From positions 1,320,001 through 1,352,000 of the forward strand of contig NC_000964.3 in NCBI RefSeq assembly GCF_000009045.1: DNA of 32,000 nt, written 5' to 3'. Made by a program: the position numbers and the translations under genes. The first letter of the stretch is position 1. Each line of letters opens with the position of its first letter. This stretch comes from Bacillus subtilis subsp. subtilis str. 168. Its GTDB lineage: Bacteria; Bacillota; Bacilli; Bacillales; Bacillaceae. The notes beneath the pieces were generated by a model. It did not search any database. It was not told the DNA's origin and saw only the letters and a list, made by a program, of their open reading frames with translations. Below are positions 19,629 to 28,612 of the stretch, one piece after another.

Positions 19629-20609
19629 ATGATGATAGAACTGTTCGTCATTAAAGACACAGAGTGGCTTGAGCTGGTTGCAGAAAGCGTATCGCTTGAA
19701 GGCCATCGTTATCAGGCGCCGCGTTCCATTGAAGCAACCATCGTCACCAAGCAGGGCGACCAGACGTATTACAGTGTCTCAGAAGGAGATACGGTCTTGT
19801 TTAAATGGAAGGGAAAAGAGCTGTTTCGGGGCATTGTTTTTGCAAGAACCCCGGACGAGCATACGCTTGCCTTCAGCGCTTATGACATGCTGCAGTACCT
19901 GGTCAAAAACCAGGATATGTACGTGTTTTCCAATCAGCGGGCCGACCAGATCATCAGAAGGATTGCGAGTGACTTCCAGATACCGACAACCTCGATCGCA
20001 AACACAGGCCATACGATCAAAAGTCTTGTCATTAAAAATGATACGACATTGTATGACATCATATTAAAAGCGCTGAAACAGACGAAAAGCCAGACAGGAC
20101 GACATTACCAGCTGTATTCGGAAAAAGGAAAGCTCGGCCTGCGCGCTTGGCCAGATCCGTCAGAGGTATGGGTGCTTGAAACGGGCGTCAATATCACGGG
20201 CTACCAATACAGCACTTCTATAAACGACACTGCTACTCGGGTGGTGCTTCGCCGGCAGAAGGACAATAAGACATATAAAGCCTCTGCCAAGGACAGTTCA
20301 GGCTTAAATAAATACGGTGTGCTTCAATATACGGAAACGGTCACAGATGACATCAACCAGGCACAGCTTCAGCAGCGGGCAGATGTACGCCTTGCTGAAA
20401 AAAAGGGCGTGAAAAAAGAACTGAAAAATATTCAGGCAGTGGGCATCCCAGAAGTGCAGAGCGGCTTGCCTGTCTATATTTCGATTCCGGAGGCCGGCAT
20501 CAAGAAAACCTATTGGGTAGATACGGACCGGCATGAATTTAAAGGAACGAAACATACGATGACGATCGATGTTGTCGAAAAGAATACGATGCCGGAAGGA
20601 GTTTCCTGA
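19629..20609 (+). CDS. xkdQ: Baseplate hub-type protein XkdQ
   Basis: 326 aa; synteny; late control D-like. Confidence 0.88.
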   Translation: MMIELFVIKDTEWLELVAESVSLEGHRYQAPRSIEATIVTKQGDQTYYSVSEGDTVLFKWKGKELFRGIVFARTPDEHTLAFSAYDMLQYLVKNQDMYVFSNQRADQIIRRIASDFQIPTTSIANTGHTIKSLVIKNDTTLYDIILKALKQTKSQTGRHYQLYSEKGKLGLRAWPDPSEVWVLETGVNITGYQYSTSINDTATRVVLRRQKDNKTYKASAKDSSGLNKYGVLQYTETVTDDINQAQLQQRADVRLAEKKGVKKELKNIQAVGIPEVQSGLPVYISIPEAGIKKTYWVDTDRHEFKGTKHTMTIDVVEKNTMPEGVS

Positions 20610-20875
20610 TGAGATTAAGTGAGGCTATAAAACATTTGGCAGTCGGCGCAGTTGACGCTGAGTCTCCGGTAGAACTGCTCCCGGCTGAAGTCGTTTCGGT
20701 TTCTCCTGTGGAAATCAAATTAAAAGAAAACAGCAAACTGATCATACCGGAAGACGCCATCATTATCCCAAAACGAATGCAGTCCGGAGGAGACGATGCA
20801 CTCGAGCCGGGGGATCGCCTCATGACCGCGGCTCTGACTGGCGGGCAATCGTTTTTTATTTTAGATAAGGTATAG
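20609..20875 (+). CDS. xkdR: XkdR (DUF2577-like, baseplate-associated)
   Basis: 88 aa; ATG overlapping xkdQ stop. Confidence 0.8.
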   Translation: MRLSEAIKHLAVGAVDAESPVELLPAEVVSVSPVEIKLKENSKLIIPEDAIIIPKRMQSGGDDALEPGDRLMTAALTGGQSFFILDKV

Positions 20876-20879
20876 ACAA

Positions 20880-20905
20880 ACCGCTTCAGTACGAAGGGGT
20901 TTTTA
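20880..20905 (+). terminator. Weak intra-operon hairpin ACCGCTTC-agtac-GAAGGGGT + TTTTTATTT
   Basis: 8-bp stem with one G-G mismatch followed by T-rich tail. Confidence 0.5.
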
Positions 20906-20931
20906 TTTAGCATGTAAAAGGAGTGGGCAAC

Positions 20932-21357
20932 ATGGCCCTGACACCAGAAGTGGAGTTTGAAGATATTGAAGTTGAGAGCGAAGTCATTGAAACCTCGCAA
21001 ACGTACAAAATAGATTTTGAAAACGGAAGAATTACGAATGAGCTGATTACCGGGCTTGAAGCGATCAGGCAGTTCGTGTATATCGCCTTACAGACAGAAC
21101 GCTATGCATATTCCATATACAGCCATAATGTCGGAAACGAGCTTCAGGACGTGCTGACAGATCATGAGACGACTGATGCGTATAAAAAGATGGAGATTCC
21201 GAGACTGATAGAAGAGGCGCTGGTTTATGATGACCGGATATCTGCTGTAACAGATTTTGAGATTGAAAAACAAGGCGACGCGTTTCATGTGTCCTTCGTG
21301 GTGGAGACGGATGAAGGAACGCTTGAGATTGAGGAGGTGATTGGCGAAGATGTTTGA
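20932..21357 (+). CDS. xkdS: XkdS (gp25/W-like, DUF2634)
   Basis: ATG 20932 with GGAG upstream; synteny. Confidence 0.86.
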   Translation: MALTPEVEFEDIEVESEVIETSQTYKIDFENGRITNELITGLEAIRQFVYIALQTERYAYSIYSHNVGNELQDVLTDHETTDAYKKMEIPRLIEEALVYDDRISAVTDFEIEKQGDAFHVSFVVETDEGTLEIEEVIGEDV

Positions 21358-22396
21358 AGATCAGACTTTTGAAGCGATTATGGAGCGTATGCTGAACAGC
21401 ATTTCCGCAGATATTGACACAAGAGAAGGCAGCGTCATTTATAATGCGTTAGCCCCGGCGGCGGCCGAGCTTGCGAAGTCTTATATATGGCTGGATACTG
21501 TGCTTGAGCTAGTTTTTTCTGATACCGCACAAGGCGAATTTTTAGACAGGCGTGCAGCGGAAGCGGGAATTGAACGGACAGCCGCGACAAAGGCGGTCAG
21601 AGCGGGAGAGTTTACATCTGGAGTTACTATTCCTGTCGGCTCCCGCTTTTACGTGGATAATCTTTATTTTCAATATACGGCAGACGGGACGCTCATCTGT
21701 GAAACACCTGGTGAAGCGGGAAACGCCAATCTGACCGGACGCAATTTACTGTCATTGGATACCATTCCCGGTTTAGAAACGGCCATTGTCAAAGAAATCC
21801 TGATTCCGGGGCGCGAGGAAGAGGGAGATGACAGCTTGCGAGAACGGTATTTTACAAGGGTTCGGCGTGAGGCCGTCAGTGCCAATAAAATGCATTATAA
21901 AGAGTGGGCTGAGGAAGTGGACGGTGTGGGAAAGGCAAAGATCTTCCCGCTTTGGAACGGTGAAGGCACGGTCAAAATTGTCGTCACCAATGCGAATCTT
22001 GAGCCCGCTTCTCCTATTTTAATTCAAAAAGTGAAAGATTATATCGACCCTGAACCAGGACAGGGAGAGGGACAGGCGCCAATCGGAGCCGTTGTCACGG
22101 TGGAAAGCGCGGTCTGGAAGGAAGTTGAGATTTCTGCCGAAGTGCTGCCTGAGATCAATCACTCAATTGATGAAGTGAAGTCGGAAATTGAGGAAGGCGT
22201 TTTAAACTTCTTTAAAAAAATGGCGTTTGAAGACAACGTTATCCGCCTTTCTCAAATTAACAATATCGTCTATAATTCACCATCAGTCAGTGACTACTCC
22301 AATATTCAAATCAACGGCACGTCTGAAAATCTGGTGCTGAGCGACGTGGAAATTCCTAAGCTTGGGCAGGTGAAGATCATTGAGCAAACAAGATGA
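21350..22396 (+). CDS. xkdT: Baseplate J-like protein XkdT
   Basis: ~348 aa; [33 protein letters not shown] typical of baseplate J. Confidence 0.92.
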   Translation: MFEDQTFEAIMERMLNSISADIDTREGSVIYNALAPAAAELAKSYIWLDTVLELVFSDTAQGEFLDRRAAEAGIERTAATKAVRAGEFTSGVTIPVGSRFYVDNLYFQYTADGTLICETPGEAGNANLTGRNLLSLDTIPGLETAIVKEILIPGREEEGDDSLRERYFTRVRREAVSANKMHYKEWAEEVDGVGKAKIFPLWNGEGTVKIVVTNANLEPASPILIQKVKDYIDPEPGQGEGQAPIGAVVTVESAVWKEVEISAEVLPEINHSIDEVKSEIEEGVLNFFKKMAFEDNVIRLSQINNIVYNSPSVSDYSNIQINGTSENLVLSDVEIPKLGQVKIIEQTR

Positions 22397-22958
22397 CATG
22401 CGAGCTTATCTGCCGCCGTTTCTCACCAGCCTTAAAGAAATGGCCGAGCTGCTGAAAGCGGAAGCGCCTGAGTTTGATAAACAAAATGACAGCATATTTG
22501 ATCTGACGGATCAGTTATTCGTACCGACGGCGACTTGGGGGCTCAGCCGCTGGGAAAAAATTTTAAACGTCCCGCGGGAATCAGGCGACACTGATGAGAT
22601 CAGACGATTGCGGCTCATTTCCAAAATGTCGAACATCCCGCCAATCACATACAGGGCCATTGAGCAGGCGGTAAACCGTTTCTTGAAAAACCCGTCTGCA
22701 CAGGTCCGCCTGCTTCCCGGCGAATACCGATTTAACGTCGATATCAATGTTGATGACCTCCAGCACATGAATGAGCTGATCGAAGCGATAGAAAACATGA
22801 AACCCGCTCATTTGGCGTATACGCTCAGAGGCGGATTGAATGAGACGCTGCGAATCAAAGATACAGTCATCCTGAATCACCGCAGATACCGAACAGCCAG
22901 TGAGCTCAAGGTCGGTTATTCTGTCACTCTTAACAACAATGAGGTGGTTTTAACTTGA
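22380..22958 (+). CDS. xkdU: XkdU, tail protein (DUF2313/YmfQ-like)
   Basis: 192-aa ORF; [51 protein letters not shown]. Confidence 0.87.
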   Translation: MSKQDDMRAYLPPFLTSLKEMAELLKAEAPEFDKQNDSIFDLTDQLFVPTATWGLSRWEKILNVPRESGDTDEIRRLRLISKMSNIPPITYRAIEQAVNRFLKNPSAQVRLLPGEYRFNVDINVDDLQHMNELIEAIENMKPAHLAYTLRGGLNETLRIKDTVILNHRRYRTASELKVGYSVTLNNNEVVLT

Positions 22959-23227
22959 TTTCAACCATATACAGAGAACGCACAGCGGCTGATCTAAAAA
23001 GCAGAATCGATCACGTGCTGCTCAACGGCCAAAAAACAGAAATAGTAGAGCTCGCCATTGACGGTGCGACAGTCACCGTTCTGACAAAACGTGAGGAAGA
23101 CATCAAGCATATTGAAACGGTACAAATTTTTGACGAGCTGGGCAATGTGATCACAGAGAGAAAGACTGACCTGGACGTCAGCGAAAACAGAACACTCGAT
23201 TTCAGATTTACTTTTGAGGTGGTGTAA
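22955..23227 (+). CDS. Small late protein (90 aa) between XkdU and tail fibre
   Basis: ATGA overlap with xkdU; [37 protein letters not shown]. Confidence 0.7.
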   Translation: MISTIYRERTAADLKSRIDHVLLNGQKTEIVELAIDGATVTVLTKREEDIKHIETVQIFDELGNVITERKTDLDVSENRTLDFRFTFEVV

Positions 23228-23229
23228 AC

Positions 23230-25293
23230 ATGGCATACGAAGAAAAAACAGACTGGCTTCCGGACGACCCAATCAACGAAGATGACGTCAACCGCTGGGA
23301 AAAAGGAATAAAAGACGCCCACACCGACCTGGCTGCCCACAAAAACGACATGAACAACCCCCACAACACAACAAAGGCGCAAATCGGGCTGGGGAATGTG
23401 GATAATGTGCAGCAGGCTTCAAAGACGGAATTTAATGAACATAATCATGATTCAACCCGGCATATTACATCAGTAGAACGTGATGAATGGAATGCGAAGG
23501 AAACACCTGCCGGAGCCCAGTATAAGGCAGATCAAGCTGAAGCAAACGCCAAAGCATATACAGACAATTTTGCTGCACGAAGAGATAATCCTAACCAAGT
23601 AACAAAAGCACAGGTTGGACTTGGGAATGTCGAAAATGTGAAACAAGCCTCACTAGCAGATTTTGATGCTCATTTAAGCAATTCTAAAGTTCATGTATCT
23701 GAAGGGGAAAGAAACAAATGGAATGCTGCCCAACTAATTAAACTTACTGGAGACGACGGTAAAAGAATACAACTCCAAGACGGTACAGATATTCTTACAT
23801 TATCTTCTGGATTTTATTGTGCAGTTGGTCAGTCAGTTGTAAACAACCCGGTGGAAGGCGATGCAGCTTGGTATAACTACGATATTGTAGAAGGCGGTTC
23901 AGGAAGGAAAACAATAGTAGCTTACCAAAGTTGGGGAAGTATGATGTGGATTGGAATGGTTCACACTGATGGAGAATTTAGAGGATGGAAACAAATTGCA
24001 ACAACAGATTTTATAGATAGAGTTCAAACAGAATTAGATCTTCATGAAAATGATAAAACTAATCCTCATTCAGTTACTAAACAACAAGTGGGTCTCGGAA
24101 ATGTTGAGAATGTTAAGCAGGAGACACCTGATGGTGCGCAAAAAAAAGCTGATACTGCTTTAAACCAATCAAAAGATTATACTAACAGCACGGCCTTTAT
24201 TACTAGACCATTAAATTCAATAACCGATGCAAATGATTTAAATCTTCCGCCTGGCACTTATCGTTTAGACACTAATTACATGAATGCAAATCCAGTTTTG
24301 CAAAATCAATTTCCATTAAATGATAACAGAACAGGTTTATTAATTATCTACCCCTCTGCAAATAAATGGGCTACACGTCAAGATTGGTTTAGCATCTCTA
24401 CGAAAACACTTTATACAAGGGTAGCAGTTAATGGTACTGATTATTCAGGGTGGTATATATTAGAGAATTCGGAAGGTTCACAAAATAAAGCGGATAAAGC
24501 TTTAGCTGATGCTAAAAACTATGTTGAAACAAATTATACAAATCAAAAGTTAACTGTTCTAACAGGATCAAATGCAATCCAAGATGCGAGAATAAGCGGA
24601 AATGATTACAAATACGGAATCACTTTTATGGACATAGGGGCCAATAACACTACAGGATACCCGCTCACTTATGGATTTGTAAAAAATGAAAAGCATAGTA
24701 ATTATCGCTTTACTCAGTATTTCTATGGAAATGCAGACACAACTAGTGGAAGTTATGATCATGTAGGGACTTGGATCCGCCATTGGTGGGCAGATTCAGG
24801 CTGGACTGCGTGGCAAAAGATATCAGGGTTTGCTCACGCTAATATTGGGACTACTGGGCGTCAAGCCCTTATTAAAGGAGAAAATAACAAAATTAAATAT
24901 AACCGTATTATAAAAGATAGCCATAAATTGTTTGATACAAAAAACAATAGGTTTGTAGCCAGTCATGCAGGAATGCATTTAGTCAGTGCTAGTTTATATA
25001 TAGAAAATACTGAGCGATACTCCAATTTTGAATTATATGTTTATGTAAACGGCACAAAGTATAAATTAATGAATCAATTTAGAATGCCTACCCCTTCCAA
25101 TAACAGTGATAATGAGTTTAATGCAACTGTTACTGGATCTGTTACAGTTCCGCTTGATGCAGGAGATTATGTTGAAATTTATGTTTATGTTGGTTATTCC
25201 GGGGATGTAACACGATATGTTACAGATTCGAATGGAGCTCTCAATTATTTTGATGTTCTGGAGCTTGGCGGAAGAAATTACCCGAGAGTTTAG
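23230..25293 (+). CDS. xkdV: Tail fibre protein XkdV (687 aa)
   Basis: Fibre-type repeats NPH(N/S)(T/V)TK(A/Q)Q(I/V)GLGNV(D/E)NV(Q/K)Q; variable C-terminal part. Confidence 0.9.
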   Translation: MAYEEKTDWLPDDPINEDDVNRWEKGIKDAHTDLAAHKNDMNNPHNTTKAQIGLGNVDNVQQASKTEFNEHNHDSTRHITSVERDEWNAKETPAGAQYKADQAEANAKAYTDNFAARRDNPNQVTKAQVGLGNVENVKQASLADFDAHLSNSKVHVSEGERNKWNAAQLIKLTGDDGKRIQLQDGTDILTLSSGFYCAVGQSVVNNPVEGDAAWYNYDIVEGGSGRKTIVAYQSWGSMMWIGMVHTDGEFRGWKQIATTDFIDRVQTELDLHENDKTNPHSVTKQQVGLGNVENVKQETPDGAQKKADTALNQSKDYTNSTAFITRPLNSITDANDLNLPPGTYRLDTNYMNANPVLQNQFPLNDNRTGLLIIYPSANKWATRQDWFSISTKTLYTRVAVNGTDYSGWYILENSEGSQNKADKALADAKNYVETNYTNQKLTVLTGSNAIQDARISGNDYKYGITFMDIGANNTTGYPLTYGFVKNEKHSNYRFTQYFYGNADTTSGSYDHVGTWIRHWWADSGWTAWQKISGFAHANIGTTGRQALIKGENNKIKYNRIIKDSHKLFDTKNNRFVASHAGMHLVSASLYIENTERYSNFELYVYVNGTKYKLMNQFRMPTPSNNSDNEFNATVTGSVTVPLDAGDYVEIYVYVGYSGDVTRYVTDSNGALNYFDVLELGGRNYPRV
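23360..24126 (+). repeat. Three degenerate repeats encoding NP..(V)TKxQ(I/V)GLGNV(D/E)NV(Q/K)Q at about 23360-23419, 23588-23650, 24061-24126
   Basis: Visible at DNA and protein level. Confidence 0.8.
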
Positions 25294-25304
25294 GAGGTAC
25301 CTTT

Positions 25305-25634
25305 ATGATCTTATATGATGCCATTATGTACAAGTATCCAAACGCAGTATCGAGAAAGGATTTTGAATTGCGTAATGACGGGAACGGTTCATACATTGAG
25401 AAATGGAATCTCCGGGCGCCGTTGCCGACTCAGGCAGAACTCGAAACCTGGTGGGAAGAGCTGCAAAAAAATCCGCCGTACGAGCCGCCTGATCAGGTGG
25501 AGCTTCTCGCTCAAGAATTGTCACAGGAAAAGCTGGCACGCAAGCAGCTTGAAGAGCTGAACAAAACATTAGGGAACGAGTTGTCAGATATAAAGCTATC
25601 ATTACTTTCCTTGAAAGGAGATTATGCTGAATGA
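25305..25634 (+). CDS. xkdW: XkdW
   Basis: 109-aa ORF immediately after tail fibre. Confidence 0.82.
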   Translation: MILYDAIMYKYPNAVSRKDFELRNDGNGSYIEKWNLRAPLPTQAELETWWEELQKNPPYEPPDQVELLAQELSQEKLARKQLEELNKTLGNELSDIKLSLLSLKGDYAE

Positions 25635-25795
25635 ATTATTGGGTGCTTGCCCTCTATTATGAGTGGGCGACAACGGATATGGTGAAACAGGCTTTAGCAT
25701 ATGAAGACTGTTCAATTCAGGATCTGGCAGAGGGTGTGAACAAAAAGCTGATCACAGCTGACCAGTATAAAGAAATTACCGGTAAAGCCATGTAA
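25631..25795 (+). CDS. xkdX: XkdX (54 aa), not in supplied ORF track
   Basis: MNYWVLALYYEWATTDMVKQALAYEDCSIQDLAEGVNKKLITADQYKEITGKAM, overlaps xkdW stop (ATGA). Confidence 0.85.
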   Translation: MNYWVLALYYEWATTDMVKQALAYEDCSIQDLAEGVNKKLITADQYKEITGKAM

Positions 25796-25810
25796 GGCTT
25801 TTTTATTTTG
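25785..25810 (+). terminator. Short hairpin AAGCC-atgtaa-GGCTT + TTTTATTTT overlapping the xkdX stop codon
   Basis: 5-bp stem followed by T-rich tract, upstream of xepA. Confidence 0.5.
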
Positions 25811-25838
25811 CCTGTTTTTAGATCAAAGGAGGATGAAG

Positions 25839-26678
25839 ATGGTGAAGTATCAATATGAATTTCCTCTCGATAAGGCTGGAAAAGCCGGCGCTGTAAAGCC
25901 CTATCGAGGAGGAAAAAATGATTTTGTGACACCTGTTTCGAATTTGTCAGGCGTAGCGGAGATTTTAACAAATGCTGCTTTAAAGGCGACTGAGGCATAC
26001 AGTCAGCTCGGGCAGGACAGGCTTGGCGCAGTTCTGATTTCGAAAGTGAAGGGCTGGGCGTATGCAGATCGTGAAGGTACGCTCTTTATAGAAGAAAGCG
26101 ACAACAACAATGTTTGGACAACGACAGCAGCAGTTAATGTCGCAGCAGGCGTCCTGACAGCGACGGACTGGGTATATCTTTCTAAACGCTATTACCGTTT
26201 CCGCTATGTGAACGGGAATCTTCAGCAATCTGAGTTTGTATTATACCAATCAGTCGGTGCGGGTGAGATGGATGTGCGTGTCAATGAAAAAACGCCTTTA
26301 CAGATTGACTTTGCGGAGAATCAAACACACGATGGACGGCTGAAAGTCGAGGCTCGCAAAACATTTGACTTTGTCTTTCATGAAAATGCAGAGTCCGCCA
26401 GCGAGGGGGCTGCTTTACCTGTTGACGGTGCCGCGCATTTACTCGTTGAAGTCTACGGCACAGCAGAAATGAGCGAAGTCAAATTTTGGGGCAAATCGGT
26501 GTCAGGACAGAAACTGCCGATCAGAGGCGTGAAAACTGATGATGCTACCACTGCCTCCAGTACATTAGGAAAAGCTGAGGCATGGGCCTTTGATATTAAA
26601 GGGTTTAAGGAGATCATCATGGAGATTATCAGTATCACCGGCGGTACTCTTTCGGTAAAAGGGACCGCGGTTTCATAA
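25839..26678 (+). CDS. xepA: XepA, PBSX lysis-region exported protein
   Basis: ~279 aa between xkdX and xhlA; ATG 25833 or 25839. Confidence 0.85.
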   Translation: MVKYQYEFPLDKAGKAGAVKPYRGGKNDFVTPVSNLSGVAEILTNAALKATEAYSQLGQDRLGAVLISKVKGWAYADREGTLFIEESDNNNVWTTTAAVNVAAGVLTATDWVYLSKRYYRFRYVNGNLQQSEFVLYQSVGAGEMDVRVNEKTPLQIDFAENQTHDGRLKVEARKTFDFVFHENAESASEGAALPVDGAAHLLVEVYGTAEMSEVKFWGKSVSGQKLPIRGVKTDDATTASSTLGKAEAWAFDIKGFKEIIMEIISITGGTLSVKGTAVS

Positions 26679-26730
26679 TAGTCTCGGCCCTCGGAAGGGA
26701 GGTGATCTGCATGTGAAGGAGGAGTGAGAG

Positions 26731-27000
26731 ATGCAGCAAGAGGCAGACGTGAATGTGTTTCAGCAGGATTTAGCAGACATGAAAGGCGAGCACAAAGCAC
26801 TTGAGCAGAGGGTTTCCGCATTAGAACGCGTGTCTGACCGGCAAGACCAGCAAATCATGACGCTGAACGAAAAATTAAACAAAATTGAAGAAAACACCAC
26901 GTGGATTAAACGCACCATCACAGGTGCCATCATTACAGCAGTGTCTACAGGCATCATTGGCGGAGCCATCGCCATTATGTACAGCCTGCTGCAGCATTAA
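26731..27000 (+). CDS. xhlA: XhlA, membrane-associated lysis protein
   Basis: 89 aa, coiled coil plus C-terminal TM (GAIITAVSTGIIGGAIAIMYSLL). Confidence 0.93.
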   Translation: MQQEADVNVFQQDLADMKGEHKALEQRVSALERVSDRQDQQIMTLNEKLNKIEENTTWIKRTITGAIITAVSTGIIGGAIAIMYSLLQH

Positions 27001-27012
27001 AGGGGGATTTTT

Positions 27013-27276
27013 ATGAACACGTTTGACAAGGGCACGGTCATCAGGACGGTGCTTCTTTTAATTGCTTTAATCAACCAGACCATGCTGATGCTCGGCAAAT
27101 CACCATTGGACATTCAGGAGGAGCAGGTCAATCAGCTCGCTGACGCTCTTTATTCAGCCGGTTCCATCGCATTTACAATTGGAACGACACTTGCCGCTTG
27201 GTTTAAAAACAACTATGTAACAGAAAAAGGGAAAAAACAGCGCGACTTGTTAAGGGACAATAATCTGACGAAATAA
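27013..27276 (+). CDS. xhlB: XhlB holin
   Basis: 87 aa, two hydrophobic helices and charged C-terminus. Confidence 0.93.
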
Positions 27277-27288
27277 GGAGAGATGAAA

Positions 27289-28182
27289 ATGGTTAACATT
27301 ATTCAAGACTTTATTCCGGTTGGCGCAAATAACCGTCCAGGCTACGCAATGACGCCGCTTTACATTACGGTGCACAACACAGCGAATACCGCAGTAGGAG
27401 CAGATGCTGCAGCGCATGCCCGCTATTTGAAAAATCCTGATACGACGACAAGCTGGCATTTTACAGTTGATGATACAGAAATTTATCAGCATCTGCCTTT
27501 AAATGAAAACGGCTGGCATGCGGGAGACGGAAATGGCAGCGGCAACCGGGCTTCTATTGGAATTGAAATTTGCGAAAATGCCGATGGCGATTTTGCAAAA
27601 GCAACAGCAAATGCCCAGTGGCTCATCAAAACATTAATGGCTGAACATAATATCAGTCTCGCCAATGTCGTCCCTCATAAGTATTGGTCAGGGAAGGAAT
27701 GTCCGCGAAAATTGTTAGATACGTGGGATTCGTTCAAAGCAGGAATTGGGGGAGGCGGCAGCCAAACTTACGTCGTGAAACAGGGCGACACACTTACATC
27801 TATAGCGAGAGCATTTGGTGTTACGGTTGCTCAGCTGCAAGAGTGGAACAATATCGAAGACCCGAATCTTATTCGCGTTGGTCAAGTATTAATTGTAAGT
27901 GCTCCATCGGCTGCTGAAAAACCCGAGCTCTATCCGCTCCCTGATGGTATCATTCAATTGACAACACCTTATACATCAGGAGAACACGTCTTTCAGGTGC
28001 AACGAGCACTTGCGGCTCTGTATTTTTACCCTGATAAAGGCGCTGTTAACAACGGAATTGACGGCGTTTACGGACCGAAAACAGCTGACGCAGTTGCCCG
28101 TTTTCAGTCTGTTAACGGTCTAACTGCTGACGGTATCTACGGGCCTGCGACGAAAGAGAAGATCGCAGCGCAATTAAGCTGA
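27289..28182 (+). CDS. xlyA: XlyA N-acetylmuramoyl-L-alanine amidase (Amidase_2, LysM, PG_binding)
   Basis: VHNTANTAVGADAAAHARYLKN; LysM YVVKQGDTLTSIARAFGVTVAQLQEWN; PG-binding DGVYGPKTADAVARFQ. Confidence 0.94.
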   Translation: MVNIIQDFIPVGANNRPGYAMTPLYITVHNTANTAVGADAAAHARYLKNPDTTTSWHFTVDDTEIYQHLPLNENGWHAGDGNGSGNRASIGIEICENADGDFAKATANAQWLIKTLMAEHNISLANVVPHKYWSGKECPRKLLDTWDSFKAGIGGGGSQTYVVKQGDTLTSIARAFGVTVAQLQEWNNIEDPNLIRVGQVLIVSAPSAAEKPELYPLPDGIIQLTTPYTSGEHVFQVQRALAALYFYPDKGAVNNGIDGVYGPKTADAVARFQSVNGLTADGIYGPATKEKIAAQLS

Positions 28183-28195
28183 TCAAAGACCATAA

Positions 28196-28230
28196 AAATC
28201 CCGGAGCCGCTCCGGGATTTATTTTTTCTT
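28196..28230 (+). terminator. Terminator after xlyA: AAATCCCGGAG-ccg-CTCCGGGATTT + ATTTTTTCTT
   Basis: 11-bp perfect inverted repeat 28196-28206/28210-28220 with T tract. Confidence 0.85.
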
Positions 28231-28356
28231 CTTCAACTTTTTTATAATTCCAGCACTGCGCTCCCTCACCCGAAGCGAGTACCCGGAAAGCCCAAACCTT
28301 CCGTAATCAACAAACTTCACACGCCTCACCAATTTTTTCACTGTATCACCTGACAT
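28219..28356 (-). CDS. spoIISC: SpoIISC, 45-aa third component of the SpoIIS toxin-antitoxin locus (not in supplied track)
   Basis: Reverse-complement translation MSGDTVKKLVRRVKFVDYGRFGLSGYSLRVRERSAGIIKKLKKKK*; AGAGG upstream; position downstream of spoIISB. Confidence 0.75.
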   Translation of the reverse strand: MSGDTVKKLVRRVKFVDYGRFGLSGYSLRVRERSAGIIKKLKKKK

Positions 28357-28403
28357 TATCCTCTGTTTGTATTTATTATATGTCACCCTTTAAGAAAAGG
28401 AAT

Positions 28404-28432
28404 AAGGACAAGAGCTGTTTTCCCTTGTCCTT
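28404..28432. repeat. Inverted repeat AAGGACAAG-N11-CTTGTCCTT between spoIISB and spoIISC
   Basis: 9-bp perfect arms; possible attenuator on minus strand. Confidence 0.55.
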
Positions 28433-28441
28433 TTAGTGTGA

Positions 28442-28612
28442 TCATGCTTTTTTTCGTTTATACTCGTCAATCAGCCGTTCGTTTTCTTTGAAGATTCTTG
28501 CTGTATGCGGACTGACTTGATAGCTTGCGACACTGGTGGTTGAACGTTTTTTCAGGATTTTAAACGGCTTCGCCGCTCTGGGCTCGCATCTGTTTTGAAA
28601 CGCACGTTCCAT
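28442..28612 (-). CDS. spoIISB: SpoIISB antitoxin (56 aa), not in supplied track
   Basis: MERAFQNRCEPRAAKPFKILKKRSTTSVASYQVSPHTARIFKENERLIDEYKRKKA*; ATG overlaps spoIISA stop by 1 nt. Confidence 0.95.
   Translation of the reverse strand: MERAFQNRCEPRAAKPFKILKKRSTTSVASYQVSPHTARIFKENERLIDEYKRKKA

Noticed and set aside
23360-24126. Possible CRISPR or repeat array in xkdV
   Set aside because: Only three degenerate, irregularly spaced copies in one continuous reading frame: protein-domain repeats, not a CRISPR.
1-28230. Search for flanking att direct repeats or an integrase delimiting the prophage
   Set aside because: No integrase-like gene and no convincing direct repeat found by eye between the yjqC end and the xlyA/spoIIS junction; consistent with a defective element, but a computed repeat search would be needed.
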